Origin: Candidatus Kuenenia stuttgartensis
GTDB lineage: Bacteria > Planctomycetota > Brocadiia > Brocadiales > Brocadiaceae
NCBI RefSeq assembly: GCF_900232105.1
Contig: NZ_LT934425.1
Coordinates: forward strand, 1,980,001 to 2,012,000
Length of the DNA: 32,000 nucleotides
Direction: 5' to 3'
The position numbers were made by a program, and so were the translations under genes. Under the pieces are notes generated by a model, which saw nothing but the letters and a program-made list of their open reading frames with translations, was not told the origin of the DNA and did not search any database. This document shows, piece after piece, positions 10,278 to 17,589 of the stretch (positions within the stretch are counted from its first letter, which is position 1; every line of letters starts with the position of its first letter).

Positions 10278-10466
10278 GGAAATGGGTTTTTGTGTCTTTA
10301 ATGCGCTTACTTTTAATATTGAAAAACCAATAACTTCTCCATCCTTATCTACTTTTTCCATAACAGCATCATTCTCAGTTTCTTTAAAAAAACCTTCTTT
10401 CCTATCAAACAACACTTCAAGGTAATCCCCTTCCTGGTCGTACCATACTTTTATTTCTCTTCCCAT
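10224..10466 (-). CDS. DUF2283 family small protein
   Basis: IKVWYDQEGDYLEVLFDRKEG...KDGEVIGFSILKVSAL is typical of DUF2283. Confidence 0.75.
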   Translation of the reverse strand: MGREIKVWYDQEGDYLEVLFDRKEGFFKETENDAVMEKVDKDGEVIGFSILKVSALKTQKPISLILKPDYQKKTITNSST

Positions 10467-10528
10467 AATATTCCCCCCTTTTTTATTGTATCTGTAAAGT
10501 ATGCAGTAATAATAAATGAGTCATCAAT

Positions 10529-10780
10529 TCATGATTTTATGACAACACCGAGATATTTTTCGGTAACAGGGGTTCTGGAGTATTTTTTGTAAAACAACTC
10601 TACTTCATTATCCGTTTTCGATCTTACGATCATGAAAGGATTTTTAAGTGTGTCCTTTATTTTATCATATTGATTTAGCATTTCAGGATGATCTTGTTCA
10701 ATATGGTCTTTTCTGTCACCAGTAAATCTTATAGTTCGATTCTGGTAATCTTTAATGATTTCTATTTTATTTTTATTATT
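10529..10780 (-). CDS. Small PBECR/RelE-like nuclease-type protein paired with DUF2283; no ATG/GTG/TTG in the homologous N-terminal part, so possibly start-less
   Basis: Manual minus-strand translation IEIIKDYQNRTIRFTGDRKDHIEQDHPEMLNQYDKIKDTLKNPFMIVRSKTDNEVELFYKKYSRTPVTEKYLGVVIKS*; resembles the (I)RLTxERWxHIxxxHPEL...Y..TP...KYLvVVv family often next to DUF2283. Confidence 0.6.
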   Translation of the reverse strand, partial: NNKNKIEIIKDYQNRTIRFTGDRKDHIEQDHPEMLNQYDKIKDTLKNPFMIVRSKTDNEVELFYKKYSRTPVTEKYLGVVIKS

Positions 10781-10786
10781 TTAGGC

Positions 10787-10850
10787 CCATAACGTTCAAA
10801 TTGAGGGGCTGCGCACTTTTGCGCAGTCCCTCTCGAATACAGGGTTATAC
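10787..10850 (-). mobile_element. attC-like integron recombination site 1
   Basis: Minus strand: GTATAAC-CCTG-TATTCGAG(A)GGG(A)CTGCGCA-aaag-TGCGCAG CCC CTCAATTT-GAAC-GTTATGG; AAC/GTT end boxes, 4-nt unpaired spacers, two extrahelical A bases. Confidence 0.75.
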
Positions 10851-11533
10851 ACAGGTTTAATAGCCAGCATTTCATTGCCACCTCGCTGAAACTCGTAAGG
10901 AACACGCTTGACCTCAACGCCGAAGCCGTGATTCTCAAGGTGTTTGCTCACAAAATCAAGGTGGGATGATGGCGTGCTATCGAGCGCAAGCAGTGGAAAC
11001 ACACGCACTTCGCGAGCAACACGCAACATTTCTTGAAGAGCCTGAAGATGAAACTCCGCCGATAAGTGGGCGCTGTACAAAAATAGAAAATGAGACGATA
11101 AGGCGATGTCGAATTGTCCGCTTTTGAAAGGTAACGACGGTAACTCCCCTGCAATGTATCGGCCTTCCTGTTTTCCTGTTTCGAAGTCAGCAAGGAAAAT
11201 TTCCATTGCTGACATGCGAACATTCCCGGGTTGTTCCACTGACGGAATAGCTCTCCCCCAAACGTAGTCGTTTTTGTTCTTGCGCATTTGTGTCATCACG
11301 GCTTCATACGTATCAGAGACGCGGCTTCTAATCTGCGCAGTATCAAAAACATAGATCGGATCGACTGAGACGACGTTACCACCGCGCTTGCTCAGTGCGG
11401 AATTGAATGCGGCAGGGCCATCACCGCAGCCGAGAATATGAAGCACCAGATCGCCCTCTGTGAGGCCGAACATGCGGATGTATTCGTCATACGAACGCCC
11501 CCACGGTACAACTTTGTCGAGCGTAAATCCCAT
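10796..11533 (-). CDS. SAM-dependent methyltransferase-like protein (cassette gene)
   Basis: LVLHILGCGDGPAAFNSALSKRGGNVVSVDP motif I; class I methyltransferase-like pattern; ORF starts 14 nt after attC site 2 and its 3' end overlaps attC site 1. Confidence 0.65.
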   Translation of the reverse strand: MGFTLDKVVPWGRSYDEYIRMFGLTEGDLVLHILGCGDGPAAFNSALSKRGGNVVSVDPIYVFDTAQIRSRVSDTYEAVMTQMRKNKNDYVWGRAIPSVEQPGNVRMSAMEIFLADFETGKQEGRYIAGELPSLPFKSGQFDIALSSHFLFLYSAHLSAEFHLQALQEMLRVAREVRVFPLLALDSTPSSHLDFVSKHLENHGFGVEVKRVPYEFQRGGNEMLAIKPVYNPVFERDCAKVRSPSI

Positions 11534-11546
11534 AAATGGCCTGCCT

Positions 11547-11635
11547 GTCTAACGGTTAAAATCACTGGCCGGCTCCGGTGTGTTAAAGAAAAAAACGTGC
11601 TGCTAGTTCCGGTCAAGTGCATTTTTTTGTTAGCT
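11547..11635 (-). mobile_element. attC-like integron recombination site 2
   Basis: Minus strand AGCTAAC-AAAA-AAATGCACTTGACCGG ... CCGGCCAGTGATTTT-AACC-GTTAGAC; R' box GTTAGAC fits GTTRRRY; imperfect L arms with bulged bases. Confidence 0.75.
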
Positions 11636-11638
11636 GAA

Positions 11639-12232
11639 TCACGTTAATATACTCAGCAATTTATAGGATTCCTCAAGTAAAACCCGTCTACATGCGACAT
11701 CCTTAACGTCTTTAAGTTCAGTGAAGATTTCAACATATCGGTTTCTGATCTTTATGAATTCTGAAGAGTTATAGAGTTGTGAGATCCATTTGATTTCTGT
11801 AACGGACAAATTGTCAAGGATTTGCGAGGGTGTATATTCAAAATAATCGCTTTCGCAGTCGTTTGAAGAGTGCCATATGTTGTATTCAGGTATCTCTATA
11901 CCAATGATTTTTGGTATAAAGTATAAATTTGAAAGCATTAATTCAGCTAATTTGATTTTTGCTTCACCAGCTTTACCCATTTGATACAGCATGATTGCCC
12001 AACATAATAGTTGAATCGGTTCTCCGCTATCATCTGGGAATTCATTCTCGTACCATTCAATGTATGTCGATGATTTTTTCAGATCACCGAGTAAAAAATA
12101 AAGACAGAAAAGCAAATATCTTTTACCAGCACCGTCATTGATTGAACCATAAGTTTTCTTTTCTTTATTCAAGGAGCTTTTATAACTTGAAATGTGCTGT
12201 TTAATCTTTTTTTCTGTATCTGGAATATTCAT
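11639..12232 (-). CDS. Hypothetical protein (cassette gene), possibly helical/TPR-like
   Basis: 197-aa ORF bounded on both sides by attC-like sites; segment GEPIQLLCWAIMLYQMGKAGEAKIKLAELML. Confidence 0.6.
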   Translation of the reverse strand: MNIPDTEKKIKQHISSYKSSLNKEKKTYGSINDGAGKRYLLFCLYFLLGDLKKSSTYIEWYENEFPDDSGEPIQLLCWAIMLYQMGKAGEAKIKLAELMLSNLYFIPKIIGIEIPEYNIWHSSNDCESDYFEYTPSQILDNLSVTEIKWISQLYNSSEFIKIRNRYVEIFTELKDVKDVACRRVLLEESYKLLSILT

Positions 12233-12267
12233 ATATGTTTTACTTTCTTCCTTTTATAGGTTTTCAG

Positions 12268-12328
12268 CCAACGTCGCAAATCAGCCGCGCCGCTTTTTGG
12301 CGTCGGCCGAATTTGCCTTGTTATGTTC
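12268..12328 (-). mobile_element. attC-like integron recombination site 3
   Basis: Minus strand ACATAAC-AAGG-CAAATTCGGCCGACGCC-aaaaagc-GGCGCGGCTGATTTG-CGAC-GTTGGCT; the toxin stop codon TAA lies inside the R'' box. Confidence 0.85.
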
Positions 12329-12617
12329 TTTTTTTCCAGTGCCGTGGATGACGACTGCCATGCATAACGGCAAGTACCACAACCGAGTCTTCATCGACTC
12401 GATAAAATATCCCAAAAGGAAATCGGCGCACTACAGCACGGCGACTTTGCCTATGCACTACGGGGTAAATATTCGGATTTTCTGAGATTGTATCTAATGC
12501 AACAAGAACGTCATCAAGAAACTCTTGGCCAAGACCTTTACGTTGCCTATCATACCACGTCGCAGCATCTTCAATATCTGCTTCAGCTTCTGGTCGAAGA
12601 TAAACCTTAAGACTCAC
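12321..12617 (-). CDS. ParE/RelE family toxin
   Basis: VYLRPEAEADIEDAATWYDRQRKGLGQEFLDDVLVALDTISENPNIYP...RFPFGIFYRVDEDSVVVLAVMHGSRHPRHW. Confidence 0.9.
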   Translation of the reverse strand: MSLKVYLRPEAEADIEDAATWYDRQRKGLGQEFLDDVLVALDTISENPNIYPVVHRQSRRAVVRRFPFGIFYRVDEDSVVVLAVMHGSRHPRHWKKRT

Positions 12618-12823
12618 AATCGTTTCCTAATGTCAGATATTGCTTCACCGGCTAAGCGGCCTTTAAGTCGTTCCGATTCGTAAGCATTCAAGCGTCGGTC
12701 AAGTTCCTCTTTTTGTTCATCGGTTAATGGCAATGCCGCTTGATCAGTAGCAATGCTATCCCAGATATCCTCAACCAGTCTTATCCTCTCTTCAATCGGG
12801 AGATTACGTAAATAAGCTGTCAT
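12614..12823 (-). CDS. Addiction-module antitoxin component (TIGR02574-like)
   Basis: LPIEERIRLVEDIWDSIATDQAALPLTDEQKEELDRRLNAYE; overlaps the toxin start by 4 nt. Confidence 0.88.
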   Translation of the reverse strand: MTAYLRNLPIEERIRLVEDIWDSIATDQAALPLTDEQKEELDRRLNAYESERLKGRLAGEAISDIRKRL

Positions 12824-12843
12824 CGTTACTTCCTCCGTTTATA

Positions 12844-13011
12844 TTTTAACAGTATTTGACTCACAATATTTTGAAACAGGACCATTGATTATCACAATCA
12901 ATTGCCCTGATGGCTTGAGAAAAACACTATTATCAGGTAAAATTGTCGCGTAGTTTTTAAAAAATTACTTTATAATTTTATTTCTTATACATTGTAGGAT
13001 AGGAGAAAAAG
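12844..13011. mobile_element. Candidate attI/promoter region between integrase remnant and first cassette
   Basis: Minus-strand GTTAAAA box at 12844-12850, 20 nt before the first cassette ORF; contains the IR ATTGATT-atcac-AATCAAT; assignment rests mainly on position. Confidence 0.4.
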
Positions 13012-13139
13012 ATGTCAAACAAAAAAGGGGGAGGTTGCCAGATGAAGCGAAAGATATAATGAGGCTTAAGCATTATTATATCCATCCATAAAGAACGATC
13101 ATACGGTGATTGGATCAAACGATATATTCAATACCACTG
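13012..13139 (+). pseudogene. 5' remnant of a tyrosine recombinase, integron-integrase-like (SAM-like core-binding domain), frameshifted
   Basis: aggagaaaaagATG; then RLPDEAKDIMRLKHYYIH in one frame and HKERSYGDWIKRYIQYH* in another, matching the xxIRxKHYSxRTExxYvdWIkRyIlFH signature; frameshifts near the G5 run and near 13084. Confidence 0.75.
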
Positions 13140-13264
13140 AATGACCGGTAGAGTGACCGAAACAGCTTTCGCTTGCATTTTTACAATCGCAAAGTAAAAT
13201 GAAACATCCATGGCCTAAAAGTCACAGAGTGAAGTGAAAATAAATAATCCACAGATTACTTGGC

Positions 13265-13279
13265 GCGGCCTTTGGCCGC
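13265..13279. repeat. Perfect hairpin GCGGCC-ttt-GGCCGC
   Basis: Read directly; immediately next to the dispersed repeat at 13283. Confidence 0.5.
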
Positions 13280-13282
13280 AAC

Positions 13283-13328
13283 CAAATTCGAAATACGAAT
13301 GTCGAAATATGAAACAAGTTCAAATGAC
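13283..13328 (-). repeat. Dispersed AT-rich repeat, inverted relative to a copy at 748-786
   Basis: Minus strand GTCATTTGAACTTGTTTCATATTTCGACATTCGTATTTCGAATTTG vs 748-786 GTCATTAGAATTTGTTTCCTACTTCGTATTTCGAATTTC. Confidence 0.6.
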
Positions 13329-13731
13329 AAAAAACCCAATACTCCAAACTTTACGTAAGCCTCATCTAATCAATGTCTTACGGTTGTGTAGTTTGAAAAA
13401 CTAGCATAAAAAACAAGAAGTTGATGGATAGTAGTACGGATTTCTACAGATCAGGAGAAGATTAAAGAAGTTTTTTATCTGTTGTGAGATCTTTGAATGC
13501 GGTAGTTTTTCATAAAACATGACGATAGTGATACACGGGAATCCGGCGAATAAAATGCCCGTGAGTTTTCAGTATGAAGCGCTGTATATGGAAAGGGACT
13601 TGCGTTAAATCATCTTTGGTGATATATGAAGAAGGCAAAGTTTTACCCGTATTGAAATACAGTATAAGAAAGCTTTGATAAAAGCAAAGAATTGATTGTT
13701 TACGAAAATTTATAAACGTTGAGAATGAAAC

Positions 13732-15042
13732 ATGAACGTAGAAACCGATAAGAAATCAGGATATGTATTTAAAGCCCCCAGAGGCACTGAAGATGTTTTG
13801 CCAGGCAATTGGGATTTGTGGAAGAAACTGGAGGAGGCGGGCCGTCAGGAGTTCGAATTATGCGGATACTATGAAATCCGCACCCCGGTTTTTGAAGACA
13901 CGCGCCTTTTTGTAAGAAGCATAGGCGAGGCGACTGATATTGTGGAAAAAGAGATGTATACCTTTTCAGACAGTGAAGATTCGAGCATAACATTGCGTCC
14001 TGAAAATACCGCGCCTGTTATGCGGGCATATCTGGAATATGAACTGCACAAAACAAAAAAATTTCAAAAGTACTATTACATCGGTCCGCAATTCAGGAAA
14101 GAACGCCCTCAGGCAGGCAGACTTCGCCAGTTCCACCAGATGGGGATAGAAGCGGTTGGCGCAAACGACCCATTACTCGACGTAGAAACGATTGGTGTTG
14201 CAGTGAGGATTTTTGAGCGTATCGGGTTGAAAGGTTACAATGTGAAGATCAATTCAATAGGTTGTAATGAATGCAGGCCGGTATTCAGAAATATCATAAA
14301 GGACATCCTCTGCGAGCGCGAGACTGCATTATGCGAACTTTGCCAATCACGGCTTCACAGGAATGTATTTCGTATACTTGATTGCAAGAATGAAAAATGC
14401 AAGGAAGTAACACATCAACTGCCGCCTGTGAATGACTATCTCTGTGAAGAATGCCGTATTCATGCAAATAGCGTCAGAGAAGCCTTGGTGGGAATAGGCA
14501 TCCCTTATATTGCGGATGCGCATCTTGTGAGAGGGTTGGATTACTATACGAAAACGGTTTTCGAAATTACCCATTCTTCATTAGGTGCCCGCGATGCAAT
14601 CTGCGCCGGCGGGAGGTACGACAATCTGATCGCCGATATGGGAGGGCCTTCCATCGGTGCTGTCGGGTTTGCGATAGGAATGGAGGCAACTATTCTTGCG
14701 ATGCAAAATGTATTAAACAAAAAAAAACAGCCTGTTCATCTCGAAATTAACGAGCCTGCGCCAACGGTTTACATCGTTTCTATCGACAAGGAGATCAAAA
14801 AGCATTGCTTTTACCTGCTCAACCTTTTGAGAAAGTCCGGTATTTCCGCGGATCTGGATTATGAAGGGAGGAGTCCGAAGGCACAAATGCGTGTTGCAAA
14901 TAAACTGGGGGTAAAATACGTTCTGGTGCTGGGGCCTGATGAATTGGAAAGGGGTAATGTTAAGGTAAAAATAATGGAAACGGGCGAAGAGGTTATCGTA
15001 AGGCAGGATGAGATACTCAATTGGTTCCTTCAAAAACGATAA
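13732..15042 (+). CDS. hisS: Histidyl-tRNA synthetase
   Basis: APRGTEDVLPGNWDLWKKLEE, LRPENTAPVMRAYLEY, VRGLDYYTKTVFEI, class II aaRS motifs. Confidence 0.97.
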   Translation: MNVETDKKSGYVFKAPRGTEDVLPGNWDLWKKLEEAGRQEFELCGYYEIRTPVFEDTRLFVRSIGEATDIVEKEMYTFSDSEDSSITLRPENTAPVMRAYLEYELHKTKKFQKYYYIGPQFRKERPQAGRLRQFHQMGIEAVGANDPLLDVETIGVAVRIFERIGLKGYNVKINSIGCNECRPVFRNIIKDILCERETALCELCQSRLHRNVFRILDCKNEKCKEVTHQLPPVNDYLCEECRIHANSVREALVGIGIPYIADAHLVRGLDYYTKTVFEITHSSLGARDAICAGGRYDNLIADMGGPSIGAVGFAIGMEATILAMQNVLNKKKQPVHLEINEPAPTVYIVSIDKEIKKHCFYLLNLLRKSGISADLDYEGRSPKAQMRVANKLGVKYVLVLGPDELERGNVKVKIMETGEEVIVRQDEILNWFLQKR

Positions 15043-15256
15043 ACCGGCAAGCGCAATTTAGTCTCACGTCCGTAGTTAAAGAATAGCAAGACACGCGATA
15101 CAGCAAAAAGGAATTTTTAGATAAAGATCAACGGTATTGCAACCCTCTCTTCACAACAAAAATCCCGCCCTGAATCTTCCTTGCAATAAAGACACATTAT
15201 TTTTTTTCGGACCATTTTAAATGAGAAATTTGTAATCCACAGGAGGCAGTAAACAC

Positions 15257-17020
15257 ATGTCTAAATTAAAGCGAACGTGTACGTGTGGACAGTTGCGCTT
15301 AAAAGAGGTCGATTCAACGGTAGTTTTGATGGGATGGGTAGATAGCGTTCGGGACCACGGAGGAGTAATTTTTATCGATCTCAGGGACAGAGAGGGAATT
15401 ACCCAGGTGGTTTTTAATCCTGACACGGCAAATAAATCATGTGAACTTGCACATCAATTAAGATCTGAATACGTTATCGCAATAAAGGGAAAGGTTGCTG
15501 CCAGGCCCGCCGGTACCGTCAATCCGGATTTAGCTACCGGCGAGATAGAGGTGCTTGCCGATGAGCTTGAAATTTTTAATAAATCCGAAACGCCGCCATT
15601 TGAAATCATTGACAATTCCAACGTTTCATTAGAATTAAGGCTGAAATATCGTTATCTGGACCTGAGACGTTCAGAAATGCAAACGCATTTAATTTTCCGT
15701 CATAAGGTGTGCCAGACTATACGTGAATATTTTAACACACGGGGTTTTATTGATATTGAGACGCCTGTACTGACAAAGAGTACCCCCGAGGGCGCCAGGG
15801 ACTATCTGGTTCCCAGCAGGGTGAATCATGGCAAGGTATATGCTTTACCGCAATCTCCGCAACTATTTAAGCAGGTGCTTATGGTTTCAGGGTTTGACCG
15901 CTATTTTCAAATCGTCCGGTGTTTCCGGGACGAAGATCTCCGCGCACAACGGCAACCGGAGTTTACCCAAATCGATATGGAAATGTCTTTTGTGGATGAG
16001 GAGGATATTATACAGGTTATCGAAGGGCTGATTGCTGCGATTTTTGAAAAGGTTGTGGGGAAACCGGTCAACCTGCCGTTCCCCAGATTATTGTATCAGG
16101 AGTCCATGGCGTCCTATGGATGCGACGCCCCTGATTTACGATTCGGTATGAGGATACAGGATGTTTCTCACATTGTAAAAGAATCAAACTTTAAGGTTTT
16201 TTTAGAGACAATTAACTCCGGCGGGCAGGTGCGGGCGATAAACGCGGCAGGGTGCGGGCATTATTCGAGAAAAGATATAGATGAATTAACGGAATTTGTA
16301 AGCCAGTTTGGCGCCAGGGGGCTGGCCTGGTTCAAAGTGGAAGAAACAGGTCTGGTTTCCTCAATAACTAAATTTTTTCCTCCGGAAATATTGCAGAAAA
16401 TTCAGCAGCACATGAATGCTAAAGCCGGTGATTTGCTCCTGTTTGTTGCGGATAAGGAAAAGGTCGTATCCCAATCCCTGGCGCATCTCCGGACGCATCT
16501 TGGTCATAAAAACAATCTTATCAATGCAGAGGAATTTAATTTTGTATGGATTGTTGATTTCCCGCTGTTCGAATATAATGAAGATGCGAAACGTTACGTG
16601 GCCCTCCATCACCCGTTTACCTCGCCCCGGTCTGAAGATATTCCTTTCCTGGAGGAAAAACCCTTGGAAGTCAGGGCAAGGGCATACGATCTCGTGCTGA
16701 ATGGCGTGGAGCTTGGAGGAGGCAGTATTCGTATTCATTCCCCTGAAATACAGAAAAGGGTGTTTCGCCTGCTGGGGATAAACGATAACGATGCGTATCA
16801 GAAATTTGGATTTCTGCTGGATGCGTTAAAATTCGGAGCACCGCCCCATGGCGGAATTGCATTGGGAATTGACCGCATGATTGCATTGTTGTTGCACCTT
16901 GACGATATCCGGGAAGTAATCGCATTTCCAAAAACACAGAAAGCTACCTGCCCCATGACGGAAGCCCCTTCTGAAGCAGACCCGCAACAATTAAAAGAAC
17001 TGGGCATAAGCCTTGCCTGA
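15257..17020 (+). CDS. aspS: Aspartyl-tRNA synthetase, bacterial type
   Basis: LGVGWVDSVRD-like OB fold, YRYLDLRR, ETPVLTKSTPEGARDYLVPSR, DRYFQIVRCFRDEDLRAQRQPEFTQIDMEMSF, GIALGIDRM. Confidence 0.97.
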   Translation: MSKLKRTCTCGQLRLKEVDSTVVLMGWVDSVRDHGGVIFIDLRDREGITQVVFNPDTANKSCELAHQLRSEYVIAIKGKVAARPAGTVNPDLATGEIEVLADELEIFNKSETPPFEIIDNSNVSLELRLKYRYLDLRRSEMQTHLIFRHKVCQTIREYFNTRGFIDIETPVLTKSTPEGARDYLVPSRVNHGKVYALPQSPQLFKQVLMVSGFDRYFQIVRCFRDEDLRAQRQPEFTQIDMEMSFVDEEDIIQVIEGLIAAIFEKVVGKPVNLPFPRLLYQESMASYGCDAPDLRFGMRIQDVSHIVKESNFKVFLETINSGGQVRAINAAGCGHYSRKDIDELTEFVSQFGARGLAWFKVEETGLVSSITKFFPPEILQKIQQHMNAKAGDLLLFVADKEKVVSQSLAHLRTHLGHKNNLINAEEFNFVWIVDFPLFEYNEDAKRYVALHHPFTSPRSEDIPFLEEKPLEVRARAYDLVLNGVELGGGSIRIHSPEIQKRVFRLLGINDNDAYQKFGFLLDALKFGAPPHGGIALGIDRMIALLLHLDDIREVIAFPKTQKATCPMTEAPSEADPQQLKELGISLA

Positions 17021-17040
17021 ATATTTTGCCGGGTATTAAA

Positions 17041-17145
17041 ATGAACCTTTATAGAAAGGAGGATATTTTCACTAAAGGGAGAATGTCCTGGTTTTTCAGA
17101 AAAGACCTCAGGAAAAAGGAAGGATACGCCGAAGAATATTTATGA
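17041..17145 (+). CDS. Possible small ORF (34 aa, or 20 aa from ATG 17083) translationally coupled to the TPR gene
   Basis: MNLYRKEDIFTKGRMSWFFRKDLRKKEGYAEEYL*; TGA overlaps the next ATG (ATGA at 17142); AGGAGG nearby. Confidence 0.3.
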   Translation: MNLYRKEDIFTKGRMSWFFRKDLRKKEGYAEEYL

Positions 17146-17546
17146 AACAAAAAATGCTTATTATGATTCTATGCGCGTCATTTGTCGTGCTGCTAACTTC
17201 AGTTGGCTTTTATATATATTTGAAGCGCCAACACCATTCATTATCGTACCTGCAAATGGCTGGAGAATATGTGCAGCAGGGGAAATACGACGACGCCATT
17301 CATTTATTGAAAGAGACATTGCGTAATAATCCTCACATTGCGGAGGCGCATGCCGCGTTGGGCATGATATACAACAAAAAAGACCTGCCCGATGAATCTT
17401 TGCAGGAATTGAAAATTGCGCTAACGATGAAACCTGACCTTATAAGTATTTATCAGGAAATGTATAAGGTTTACAAGAAAAAGGGCATGGAGGAAGAAGC
17501 ACAAAAGGCTTTAGGTTCTTATGAAAAATTGAAAGGAAACGAATAA
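17142..17546 (+). CDS. TPR-repeat membrane-anchored protein
   Basis: N-terminal TM; GEYVQQGKYDDAIHLLKETLRNNPHIAEAHAALGMIY, canonical TPR spacing. Confidence 0.85.
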   Translation: MKQKMLIMILCASFVVLLTSVGFYIYLKRQHHSLSYLQMAGEYVQQGKYDDAIHLLKETLRNNPHIAEAHAALGMIYNKKDLPDESLQELKIALTMKPDLISIYQEMYKVYKKKGMEEEAQKALGSYEKLKGNE

Positions 17547-17589
17547 AATTTAATTTGTATAGTTTTTGCAAAAGTGTTAACATTTTTTT

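Noticed and set aside
10787-12328. Reading the three palindromes as ordinary rho-independent terminators
   Set aside because: They lack T tracts, share AAC/GTT end boxes with 4-nt unpaired spacers and bulged bases, and one contains a gene's stop codon in its end box; attC explains them better.
12192-12485. 97-aa plus-strand ORF
   Set aside because: Lies across attC site 3 and antisense to the ParE-like toxin; composition explained by those features.
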